A stretch of 56,129 bases of DNA, the filler included, from Hydrolagus colliei (Eukaryota): NCBI GenBank assembly GCA_035084275.1. It is 4 parts of 4 records of this genome, joined end to end, with 100 filler letters (N's around TTAATTAATTAA, not from the genome) between each part and the next. Parts side by side here need not be neighbours in the genome. Positions count along the whole stretch, not along the records: positions 1 to 14,682 come from CM068745.1; 3 more parts are not named here. The stretch is one strand, 5' to 3'. Under the pieces are notes generated by a model that was given only the letters and a program-made list of their open reading frames with translations, searched no databases and had not been told where the DNA came from. Every line of letters starts with the position of its first letter. Position 1 is the first letter of the stretch. Below are positions 1-11,320 of this stretch, in pieces. The position numbers were made by a program, and so were the translations under genes.

Positions 1-189
1 TAGTTCACTGAGATTTGGACTTCTTTGAATATCTGTAGACACTCCCAAGTGACGCCAGGACAAAGCAAAATAACAGGCAATATCTTAAGCAGATAGATCA
101 GAAATCAAGATAAATCGTATATGACAATGATTAATATTAGAGCCATAAATAGGTGCTTTACATTGCTCTGTTTATCATACATTGTCGTG

Positions 190-505
190 TCGTGTAGCTC
201 ACCAGTTAGAGACTCTCGCCATGCAAGCAGGAGACCTGAGGTTCGATTCCCAGCAGGGCGAAACCTTGAGCAAGTTTCTTTACTCCACATGCTTGATAAT
301 AATCCCTCAACTAAGTAAATAAGTAAAATAACAATTTAGTTACTCAATCCACGATTGTTTGTGGGACACTGCTGTGCGTAATTGGCCTGCCGAGGTTTTA
401 TCCACAAATATAGACCATTTTCTTTACAGTATATTCTTTGAAACATTTTGAGACATCAAGAGGATAAGCAAACTACTTTATAAATGCAAGGATTATTAAT
501 ATTAT
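190..505 (+). mobile_element. tRNA-derived Deu-domain SINE with L2-type tail
   Basis: A/B-box head (GGTTCGATTCCC), Deu core TGTGGGACACTGCTGTGCG..TTGGC, tail AAATGCAAGGATTATTA. Many further copies occur across the window. Confidence 0.8.
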
Positions 506-650
506 TAGGGTGAAGAGATTTATCAGAACAGTACCAGGATTTTATTGCGCCTCATACACATGTGGTAATTTTTTCAATGTATAATAATCATCCACAGCAT
601 CAAAATAGCTTTACTAGAAAAGTGAATGTTGCAGAGTATTTATTTTAAGT

Positions 651-665
651 AGGTCATATTGACCT
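651..665. promoter_or_regulatory. Perfect palindromic estrogen response element
   Basis: AGGTCA-TAT-TGACCT, an exact AGGTCAnnnTGACCT consensus outside any recognised repeat; function untested. Confidence 0.55.
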
Positions 666-2438
666 CTTTCAGCTGTTGTGAGATTTTTATTCTGCATTGG
701 TGGGGAGAGCGAGGAACGTCTGGCCAAATTTATTTAATTGCTTCCAAATAGGCTTTTGTTTGACATGATGATAATTTTGATCAATTGCAAAGTTAGAAGT
801 GGAGCCATTGAATAATGGTCTAATACCACCATTTGCTTTTGATTGATGGTGGATCTTGGGGGAGGGGTGGGGGAAGGGGGAAGTTTATATCATGGATTAA
901 CTTCCCAATTGCATTTGTACAGCTGTTTGTGAGGTGTTATGGAAACAGCCTGAGACCAACAGTCATTGCATGCAGCCAATCTTCCCAGAGTAGCAGATGG
1001 AACATGGCTAAGAGTTGCATAAATCTCCACTAGAATTTTAAATCATCATTTACATGTGAAACTGGAAGCAAAACAATTGTTTTTGCAACACTTTAAAAAG
1101 TGCTGTTTCCACTCATTTTAAATGAAATTAGCACTGATGGTAACAATAAGCACAGAGTCCTTTTCCTGTGAATAAAACTCTCTTTTCAAGTTCAAATCTG
1201 TTCAGTGGTATTTCTTGTGGGGGTTTGGTGGTGGGGGTGTCCTGGAGGAAATTCACCTTCATGTAAATTAAACACAGCCTCACAATTTTGTAAATTGGTA
1301 TGCTTGCTAAGGGCAGCACCAAACATTGGGTGATCAACATGGGAAATCTGCAACTTCATCTGAGTTGTTGGCTTTTAAAATGTTCTTTTGTTCATTTTTG
1401 TTTCGCATTCTAAATGATCTGATTTCCAATGGAGAGCAAGAGGCTCTTTGACAAATGAGGGACAGATATACGGGAAGCCCAGAAGAGGTAATAAACCTAA
1501 AATTAATCTATCATTGTTTATTAGCCCTGGAGAAATATAAAATAACAAATTGCTCACTGCAGAAGGAAATGTGGCTATCGTGTTTCTGAAGCACATGAAT
1601 AATAAAATATGCCTCAAAAGTCTAGAGGGCATACTATTATCCTAATATATTATTCATCTTAAATCTATGCATGTATTCAAGGACTATTGTAATTTATCCC
1701 TCTGCACTGGGCAAAAAGCTGTCAATAATGAAGCTTTATGCTGAACTCACTCAACATATCAACAAGATAAACTAAACTAAACAGGAGGGGGTGTGGGGGG
1801 TGGGGGGAAGAGAAAAATTGACCCCAAATATATTGATTGTTATTGCATTTAAAACATTTTTATTTCATTCGAACTCTTGAAGAGCTGGGAGTTCTGTGTT
1901 TGCAGGTCATTAAACAACAGGAAGGTGAAGAAAGGATTTTCAGGCTTGCACGCCAATATATAGCAAAATAAAGACAGAACTAATTAGCAAGACTCATAAA
2001 ATATGTACTTAGGACAACTATATTGTTTCAATAGTATGTGCCACTGGAGATATCAGTAAATATCAACCATCAATATTATGCAGTAATCATCAACAAGAAA
2101 AGGTGTGCAGTGGTACGTTTACAATAGACGAAATGCACAAACTAACCCAGATACATCCATGTAAAAATTTAGGGGACAGTAGTGTTCCACTGCTAATGGT
2201 AAATATAGCATAATCCGGTAGGTACCAATGATGCGCTGTTGTTGAATGTGACTCATGCACAACTTAACCCACAAGTGCGACAACAAAAAATTATGTGGCT
2301 GACAAATTGTGAGAAGTCCTACCTGGGAATTCTAACAGCACTACTGTCATCAGGAAATTATAAGTTAGAAAAATTCTGGATAAAATGCTGTATGCCTTTC
2401 ACCACAAACTCGATCTGAGTTGAAAACCATTGTTAATT

Positions 2439-3690
2439 TGAATCAAAAACAAAAGTTGATGGGGAAACTCAGCAGGTCAAGCAGCATCCATGGAGAAAGG
2501 AAAAAGAGTCAACGTTTCAGGTCTACAACCCTTTGTCAGAACTGGGGCTTGTTTTGAGAGAGAGGTTTTTAAAGGCATTAGAGGGGGAGAGGCAGAACAT
2601 GGAGGAAAAAGGAGACAAAGAAGACAAAGGAAAAATAATGTTAACTGTTGGTTTGAAAATAAACAAAAGAATGGGTTTCAACAAACTTGTAATGGGTGGG
2701 AGGGGGCGGTGGGGGTTAAAAAGTTCTTATGTCCTGAAATGGCTGAAATCAATGTTGAGGCCAGATGGCTGTAGTATCCCCAGTAGATAGATGAGGTGCT
2801 GTTCCTAAAGCTTTTGCTGTAGGTCACTGGAACAGCGCAGGAGACCATGGATCAAAAGATCAGCCTCTGAATGTGAGCGCAAGTTGAAATGGAGGGAGAC
2901 TGGAAGATCAGGGTTGACCTTCCGTACAGAGTGAAAATGCTCTGTAAATCGGTCTCCCAATCTGCGCTTAGTCTCTCCAATGTAGAGGAGACCACACTGT
3001 GAACAGTGAATGCAGTATATGTGAACTGCTGTCTCACATGGAAGCTGTGTTTTGGTCCCTGGAGAATGGTTTGGGTGGAGGTGAAAGGACAGGTATTACA
3101 TCTCCTGCACTGGCAAGGGAAGGTGCCAAAGGAAGGAGAGCAGCTGGTGGTGCTGACAGTGGAATGGACCAAAGAATCCCGGAGGGAACGGTCCCTTTGG
3201 AATGCTGAGAGGGGAGGGGAGGGAAATATATCATTGGTGGATGGGTCACGTTGCAGGTGACGGAAGTTTCTATGGATGATGTGTTGAATAGTGAGGCTGG
3301 TAGGGTGGTAAGTGAGGACCAAGGGGACCCTATCACGATTCCGCGATGGGGGGGAAGGGGTGAGGGCGAAGGTGCGGGAAATCGGACGGACACGGTCAAG
3401 GGCCTTTGCTACCATGGTTGGTGGGAATCCTCGGTCGAGGAAAAATGCAGACATTTCAGTTGCTCTGGTATGAAAGGTTGCATCATCAGAGCAGATGCGG
3501 CAGAGGCAGAGGAACTGGGATGGCATTTTTGCATGAGGCCGGGTGGGATGAGGTGTAGTGAAGGTAGCTGTGGGAGTTAATGTTTCTAAAAGATGTCGGT
3601 GGACCCTTTCTCCATGGATGCTGCTTGACCTGCTGAGTTTCCCCAGCAACTTTTGTTTTTGATTCAGATTCCCAGCATCTGTAGTATTTT
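2439..3690 (-). mobile_element. Penelope-like retroelement fragment (RT C-terminus plus GIY-YIG endonuclease) with inverted ends
   Basis: ORF 2852..3706 contains FLDRGFP...CQCRRCNTCPF; a shifted frame gives CIHCSQCGLLYIGETKRRLGDRF...HFN...EQHLIY.LG.LQP.GLN with one stop; 62-bp inverted repeats at 2439-2500 and 3605-3666. Confidence 0.85.
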
Positions 3691-3739
3691 GTGTTTTGTT
3701 TACCATTGTTAATTTTCCATTTCCAAGTAGACTATGGAG

Positions 3740-4055
3740 TCCTGTAGCTCAATGGATAGAACACTCGCCTTGCAAGTGAGAGACCTGGGTTTAATTCCAG
3801 GCAGGGGAATTAAAACCTTAGGCAAGTTTCCTTACTCCACACAACTGATAAAAATCCCTTGGAAAAAAAACCCAATGATAAATTGGTCACTTCAATCCAT
3901 GACTATTTGTAGGATAATGGTGTTCACAATTGGCTGCTGCATTTTGCCCACAAAATGTACAGTCAATTCAATTGAGAGTATATTCTGTGAAGCGCTTTGA
4001 GATGACTAGTTGATGTGAAAAGAGCATTATCAAATGCAAGGATTATTATTATTAT
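3740..4055 (+). mobile_element. tRNA-derived Deu-domain SINE
   Basis: Head, core and tail as at 190-505. Confidence 0.8.
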
Positions 4056-5679
4056 CAGACCCAAATTTGTTCCCAAGTGAGCCTGTTAGTTGTACAATTG
4101 AATATATATGCCAAAGCATAAAGTCCTAAAATTGATATAAAAAAGCATATTTTAATTACAATATATTTAATAAATATGAGTACTGTAAATTGATTTGAAG
4201 CTATTTTTTTTAAAAAAGCTACCGTCTCTTCCCTCCTAATGTAAGATGTGCTCTATAAATGTAATTTTGTTGTGCTTCTTCTTATTCCCTCATTCATTAT
4301 TTTGCTTTTTTTTAAAACACATTTAAGAACAGAATTTTTCATTTGCAATGGGGATGTATGAAATTTGCCCAAGCTCATCAATTCAAGTCAAGGTAATACC
4401 TCAGTCACTGTTAGAAGTTAAAAGTCTTTGACATATACTGGTATTAAGTGCATTGTAAGCATATCCCCTGCATTTAGATCATTCAAGTGCATCTTCTATA
4501 TTAAAGTGACTATTAATCATATTATAGATACTCAACATGGGACCAATCAACTCCTATATGGTGTGACCTGAAAGGAGATCCTTGAGATTTAAACATTAGA
4601 AAGTGTTAGATCCAAATTCTACTGGTGACATCTTTTTCAGAATTAATAAGGGTTAAATCCAGAGTGGAATTCTTGAGCTACATGACCAATTACAGAACTA
4701 AAAAATATCAATTTATTAAAATCTTAGTGATTGGGTGAACCAGTAACACAATGTTTTTTAAAGGCCCCTGTGGCAGAAAAAGATCCATTAAAAATGGTGG
4801 CATTCATTCTCCATAATTATTACCATAATTGTACAACTATATATAGTTGTCATATCTCTACCACTATTCTTTGAAGCATTACCCAAACTCTTGGGAACTA
4901 TTTAGAATTTCACCTGTTAAAGTAACATAATGAGACTGCTGCAGAGGGTTGAATTGATTCCAACATTATATTTCCAAGCACACCACCATAGAGTCAGCTC
5001 AGCCCCAAGGAACTCTGCTTACACTCTTCCCCCTTATGCAAATAGGATAGTTTTCAGTTGGTCATTTGACATCCAAAAAGCATAAGCACTAGGTGGATAG
5101 CGGGTACTAGGAACTCCCAGTGAACAAAACAATTGAGCATGAAATGTGTGAGAACATTACTACCATTCTTCTGCTGACAGTTTGGACACAGGCATTTTGG
5201 AGCACCTCCCCTGGCATAAAAATAGAATACAAAATGATATATGTGCAGTGCGAACCATGTCAATTGGAAGTCCCAGGGTCCTGGACAATCAAGAATTTGA
5301 AGCATAACGTGCCTTGAAGGAGGCAAGGGTGGGAATGCGGCGAAGGGAATGTGGGGTGGAGTTCCTGCTGAGCAGAAGGAGCAGACAGGTTGATATAGGG
5401 TCAGCAGGTCACAGAGGTAGTAAGAGTTGTAATGCAAACACATTTGGTAAATTTAATGTAAATATTAAACAAATACACAACATACACCTTGGCTTTGATC
5501 ACTTAAATGATCACTTGCTTACTTTTGTTCCAATCTTGATTGATGGTTTCACCAATTAGAGGTGCGAGCTGGAAAATCAGCTGCTTATATCTCTGCATAT
5601 CAATCAAGGTGGATACTAAGCCCAAGATAAATGAGCTTGTGTTCATCAAAAAAGATCCAATGCTAGGTTTGCATATTTA

Positions 5680-6045
5680 ATTTTCACTTTGGATTTGATG
5701 GGGTAAACAGGAAAAAACTGCTTCCATTGGTGGATGTGTCAGTGACTTTGGTCACAGATTTAAATTAGCTTCTAAAAGAAGCAGAGGAGAGGTGAGCACT
5801 TTTCACACAGCGAGTTGTTCGAATCTGGAATGCATTGCCTGAAAGGGTGGTGGAGGCTGATTCGATAATAAATCTTAAAAGAGAGGGGAATGGTTATTTG
5901 GGGAGGACAGGTTTGCGGGATTACAAGGAGACTGCCGAGGAGTGGGATTGACTTTGAATAGCTCTTTTCGAAGATCCGGCACAGACTTGATGGGCCAAAT
6001 GGCCTCCTTTTATGTTGAAAAATTCTATGATTCTTTGATTCAAAG
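5680..6045 (+). mobile_element. CR1 LINE 3' fragment
   Basis: TTCACACAGCGAGTTGTTCGAATCTGGAATGCATTGCCTGAAAGGGTGGTGGAGGC...GATGGGCCAAATGGCCTCC and a ...CTATGATTC tail; similar CR1 tails at about 20620-20740, 33000-33120 and 35650-35820. Confidence 0.8.
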
Positions 6046-8469
6046 AGCAGAAGAAAGCTAATAGGCAAGACTGAAGAGGAGCTTGAGATTTCATTTGTTG
6101 AATTGCTGTGTTTATGCACCTAGGTCAATCCACCTAGCAATCAGAAAAGTGGATGTTTACCATTCCCTTTTTGTACCATAAGTAATTGTTTCAATGTCTG
6201 CACCATTAGTCTGATATCATTAATGTGCTAATAGACGATATAAAGGAAGAGGACTTGGGATGCTAAAGCTTAAATCAAAACATAAGAGAATAAGGGCAGG
6301 GATGTTATCCACCAATGATTATATCCTTGATCTTAGCTAAGATTAATAGTCCTGAAGTAGAATAAGCAAAATAATACATCAGATACCAAACTGTTTTATA
6401 TTTTGAGTCAGTATTGAAAAAACACAAATGACAATAGAGCCCATATACAGTAGTTGTCCTCATTTGTGAACCTGGCTAATTGAAGTTAACTAGTTTCTGG
6501 CAAAGCATAATAACATCTTAATTGAAATTAAAATCAGTCACATACTTCATGTGAGACATTACTGTGGACTAGTTGACTGCCACATTCAACAATAGTCGAT
6601 ATATTGTAAGACTGGAATAGAAGTAACCACGTGCTCACTTAAGTTTCCTTCTTTTGGAAATGATGTTCCTGTTGTATTAAAAAAATAAATCTTCTAATTC
6701 ATATGAACTCTTCTTTCTCCACATAGAAACATCTTCCATTTGTTACAGCTTTCTTCTTTTCTGTAGCCTTTCCTGTAGCAATTTATTATTTTTGATATAT
6801 AGATTTTTGCCATTTTATTTAACAATGCATCAAATTAAATGGATCGAAAACAAAGAAATAAACATATCGTAGCCAGAAGGTGGTTTAAAAGAGAGTTTAG
6901 GGGAAAAGTCTTTACACAGGGAATGATAGAAATGTGGAACAATAACAACAACAATTTACATTTATATAGCGCCTTTCACGTCGGGAGGACGTCCCAAGGC
7001 GCTAATAACTCGTTGTTGGAAGCTGTCTTTGAATCAGAAAGAATCCATGCTGTAAAGTTCCATGTTATTCTATGTATAGTTAGTTAATATTATATTACAT
7101 GCATACTACACACATATTTCCCAATGCACTTGCCTGCTGAATCCAACACATTATCCCATCTATTTCCATGATATTCCTTGACATATTTTACTTGCATATT
7201 GTTCCAGAGAGCTGCAGTGAGTTGGACAAATGACAGCCTGGACATCAAGAATAGGACTGGTTCAAAGCCCTCCATGAATTTGTTCCCCCCTGCCTCTGTG
7301 ATCTCCTATCGCCCTACCAAACAACCCGCTCCCTCTGCTCAGTGGGCTCCGGCCGGCTTCATGTCCCCAGCCTCACCAGCCCCACAATTGGCGGTGGGCC
7401 TTCTGCCCCCACCTTCTGGAACTCCTTTCAGCAATCCCTCCACCACTCCCCCTCCCTTGCCTCCTTCGGGACCCATCTCAAGACCATCCTTCTTAACTTT
7501 GTCTTCTGTCCCCACCATCCCATCCTGCCCTCCACCGTCCCCGATCCCAACCCCATCCCCGTATCCAAAACATTGATTGTCCAGAGCTTTGGGACGTCCT
7601 CTCAATGTGAAGGACACTATACAAATATAATTTTGTTGTTGTTGTTTCATGTCAGGAGGACATCCTAACTTGGAGCACCACGCAATGTGGAAGAAATGAT
7701 TGTTCTGGTGGTACCTTGCAAGCCAGATATGCACAAACATTATGGTGCATAAGTAGAGTAATTTGATATTTGTTCCAGCTCCCAATTTAGGGTTAGAGTT
7801 AGGGTTAAACAACTCTCTGTTTAGCTGTGAAGTTCGCTATCATTCTGATTTGATGTTCTCCTGTCAGGCTTTTCTTGTGGAATCAGTGGATTCCACAAGT
7901 TAATGATCCATCTGAACAGCAATCCAGCAGGTGTTAGAAACTAGTGAGGATGTAGTTGTGTTATGGCAGCAAGATAACTCAGTGATAATTGCCTTCCATT
8001 CATTGCAGATCCTCAGTTTAATTCAAGAACCTTTTCCCATATGAGCTAAGCTTCCAGATTTACACTGGGATGGAAAGAATTTAAAATACCCTCTCTTGAA
8101 TTTTGTGTATGACTTACACTATATGAGTTCAGAGTCCTGCCATGATGCTTGAAAGCGTAAACCTCTAACTCAGAGAGCATTACGAACTGAGCCTAGTTAA
8201 TACTAAACACTAATTCTAGTGATTGTTTTTGATTACATCTTATAATGATATTCCCATTTATAGAATGTAATGAAATGATTAACACTTGTTGAACACCAAT
8301 GGGACAACCCTTCAACAGAAATTGAACAGTTCGGCTGGATAAGACCTTATATTGGATTCAAGAGGGCACATGGTATCAGAGCAAGACAACAAGAACAGTT
8401 GGTGTCTTGTTTGAGCCTCAACTGTCCTTTCTCTCCCACATTGGTGCCATGACCCATTCTGCTTTACAC

Positions 8470-9055
8470 AACTTCCATAACATTGCCTGACTCTGCCACA
8501 ATCAGGCACCCTGCTTGCTGTTTTTTCCCTATTCCTCACTCTACAAGCTGCAGATCATGCAGAACTCTGCAGCTCATGTTCTCTCCCGTACTAGGCTCCG
8601 TGACCCCATCATACAAATCATCGCCTTGCTCCACTGGCTCCCCAACCCTTAGAGAATTGAGTTCAAAAATTCTCATCCTAACCTTCAAGGCCTTCCATGG
8701 ACTTGGCCTTGCCCCTCCTACCTCTCCCACCTGCTAACCACTTATCAATCTGTCCACTTCCTCCGCTCAGCAGTCCCAGCCTGCTCCATGTTCCCTACTC
8801 AGTCCACGCCACCATTGGTGATCGGGCCTTCAGCCTCTGCCCCTGCCCTCCGGAACTCCATTTCACATTTGCTTTGCCTCACTCCCTCCTTTGCCTCCTT
8901 CAAGGCACGTCTCAAGACTCTCCTCTTTGACTGTGCCTTTCACCACCCTCCTATCCTCTCTCCTCTATCTTCCCTAACCCTAACCACCCTGTCTAATTCC
9001 TGACTGTTTAGGGCCTTTGGAGCTTGGCCCGACATGAAAGGTGCTTCAAAAGTGT
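8470..9055 (+). mobile_element. L2 LINE 3' fragment
   Basis: Degenerate ORF2 end (LLHWLP...RIEFKILILTFKAFHGL) plus the L2 3' tail. Confidence 0.75.
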
Positions 9056-9699
9056 AATTTTTTATAGTATTGTATTAGAAGAAACTAAATGTGTTGTGAT
9101 TGTCAGTGACAAGAGGCCCTTCGGTGCAATATTTTACTTCAAATCTGCACAGTCTCAAGAGCATTTACAATACAGAGCTGCTTTATGTCAATCTTTTGCA
9201 GCCCAATTTCATAGGCTTTAGAATAACAATAAGGTGAACCTTTTCCATCAGGATGCTTAAACTTCAAAGAGCATTTAGCATTAATGAGCTCAGAAGATAA
9301 GAGCAGCCTGTAGAAATACTGATATTTGGGTTTGACATGATTTTCTTGACATTGAAAAATTAGTGTACAACATTTCTAAACAGCAACTGCATGTTACATA
9401 GAGTATTTACCTTGTTGGTCTATGTAGCTGAATGGTTATAAAAATAAATGTTAATATTGCTGTTATGGCCCCTAACTACCCTTTTGGAAAATTTTACCGC
9501 AATCCTTTAATGCAAATGTATAAAATACTGTTTTATGTTTCATCGGTGAAAGTAACTTTATAATTGACAAGAAACAGAATTACAAGCAAGCTGATAAAAT
9601 AATCTTGGCTAGTGAAGAATAAGTACATTCGACATTGTACATTTGTCCATCTTTCTGTTAGGAGTGTGCAAAAATATATTGTTAAGAGACTGTGATAAT

Positions 9700-9975
9700 A
9701 ATAAATAATAATAATCCTTGCATTTGATATACAGGTACTGCTTTTAACGTCTTCTATGCCTTTGATGTCTCAAAGTGCTTCACAGTATATACTGCAAGGT
9801 GAATTGACTATATTTGTGAGCGAAACATGGCAGCCAATTGCACACAGCAGAGTCCCACAAACAGACATGGATTGAGTAACCAATTTATTATTATTTATTT
9901 TTCTTGAAGGATTATTACCAGGCATGTGGAATAAGGAAACTTGCAAAGCGAGTGCTCTGACCACTGAGCTACAGA
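9700..9975 (-). mobile_element. tRNA-derived Deu-domain SINE
   Basis: Reverse-complement copy of the same family. Confidence 0.75.
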
Positions 9976-10590
9976 ATACACATCCAATCCAATTTTGTTC
10001 CTTCCTTAAGGCATTCATTCGTACAAGAGGTAGAGTTTCGCAGTCGCATGGTTCCCTTGGGATACCCAAGTGACCTGTAGGCAAACTCTTCAAAAGCTGG
10101 TGAATATCATCCATTATCCACTTTTGCACCTTCCAAAACTTGCTATCAGTAGCAATCAATAGTGAGAACTCCTGTAGATTCCCCTCCCACCTAAGGATTG
10201 GGCACAAAGGTCACTCTGAAACAGAGGTTTGGAAACAACTGTTTCCTTGCTTCAAGTTCCAGTTTCTGGCATTAAATGTTATCAGATAGGACAAGTTTAA
10301 GAGTTGCCAAATATATCTGCTACAATGAAAAGCCGTCAGTTTATTCATAGGTCAATAATAAAGATTAAGCTGACACCTCTTAACAAACCTAAAGTTCAGA
10401 TTCTCCACCACTGCATAAATTAAGAATCTGAATCCTTCCTGCTCACAACATCCAGAAAGTATTTTCAATTCTAACTTGTACCTTACTCTCAATTTGGTCC
10501 ACTACTGCCCAATCGTACTCTTCCCCTAAGCCTCCTTTTGGTATTACATATAGTGGCCTTAAAATTGTGTAAGTTAAATGTATCATATTA

Positions 10591-11320
10591 CAGTAGAAGC
10601 CTGATTATCCATGACTCGATGAACTGGCACTTCCATATAACCAGCACTTCAAAAAAAAAGTCCCCATTCGATAAATCGGAACTTATCCAGAACAATAGCG
10701 GTGGAGCATTTGTAAATGCATAAATAATAACATAATAACAGAATATTATATTGGTACTTATTGTTACAACTACTCTCTTGCACTTTTTACCTTTGCTGGT
10801 ATTAGCTGTGCTTGAAGCCATGATGCTGCGGTTGAGGTTTATAGTCCAGCGATTCTTTTTAAAATGGAACACGCCAAGCGGGCGAAACAAATGGAGCATG
10901 ACTTTAAAGCCATACTGGCGGCAAGCCAATAACGCTAGCTGATAACCCTCATTGTTGTGCAGATGCAGTATTTTGGTTTGCCGCTAGTAGAGTCTAGGGC
11001 TATTGGCTTGCCACTAGTAAAGTCGCGATTTAAAATTGCGCTGCCGTTTTTTTTCACCCGCTTGGCGTACTCCATTTAAAAAAGAACTGCTGGACTGTAA
11101 ACCTCAATCAGTAAAGGTGGGAAGAGCAAGAGAATAGTTTTAACAATAAGTACCAATACAATATTCTGTTATTATCTGTTATTATTTAGTCCAGTGTGTG
11201 TTAAAATAACTTAAATTATTTTGTGGTGGGTTTTCGGCCGCGGGCACCCCGAATATCTGGCAGGCGCTTTAACTGGCATTGGCCAGGTACCACGGGTGCC
11301 GGATAAATGGGCTTTTGCTG
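10591..11320. mobile_element. Tc1/mariner (pogo/Tigger-like) non-autonomous element with TA TSD and internal fold-back
   Basis: TA|CAGTAGAAGCC...GGGCTTTTGCTG|TA imperfect TIRs; a shorter relative lies at about 41500-41707. Confidence 0.7.

Noticed and set aside
190-270. tRNA-like heads (many copies) as tRNA genes
   Set aside because: They continue into Deu core and L2 tail and lack full cloverleaf pairing; they are SINE heads.
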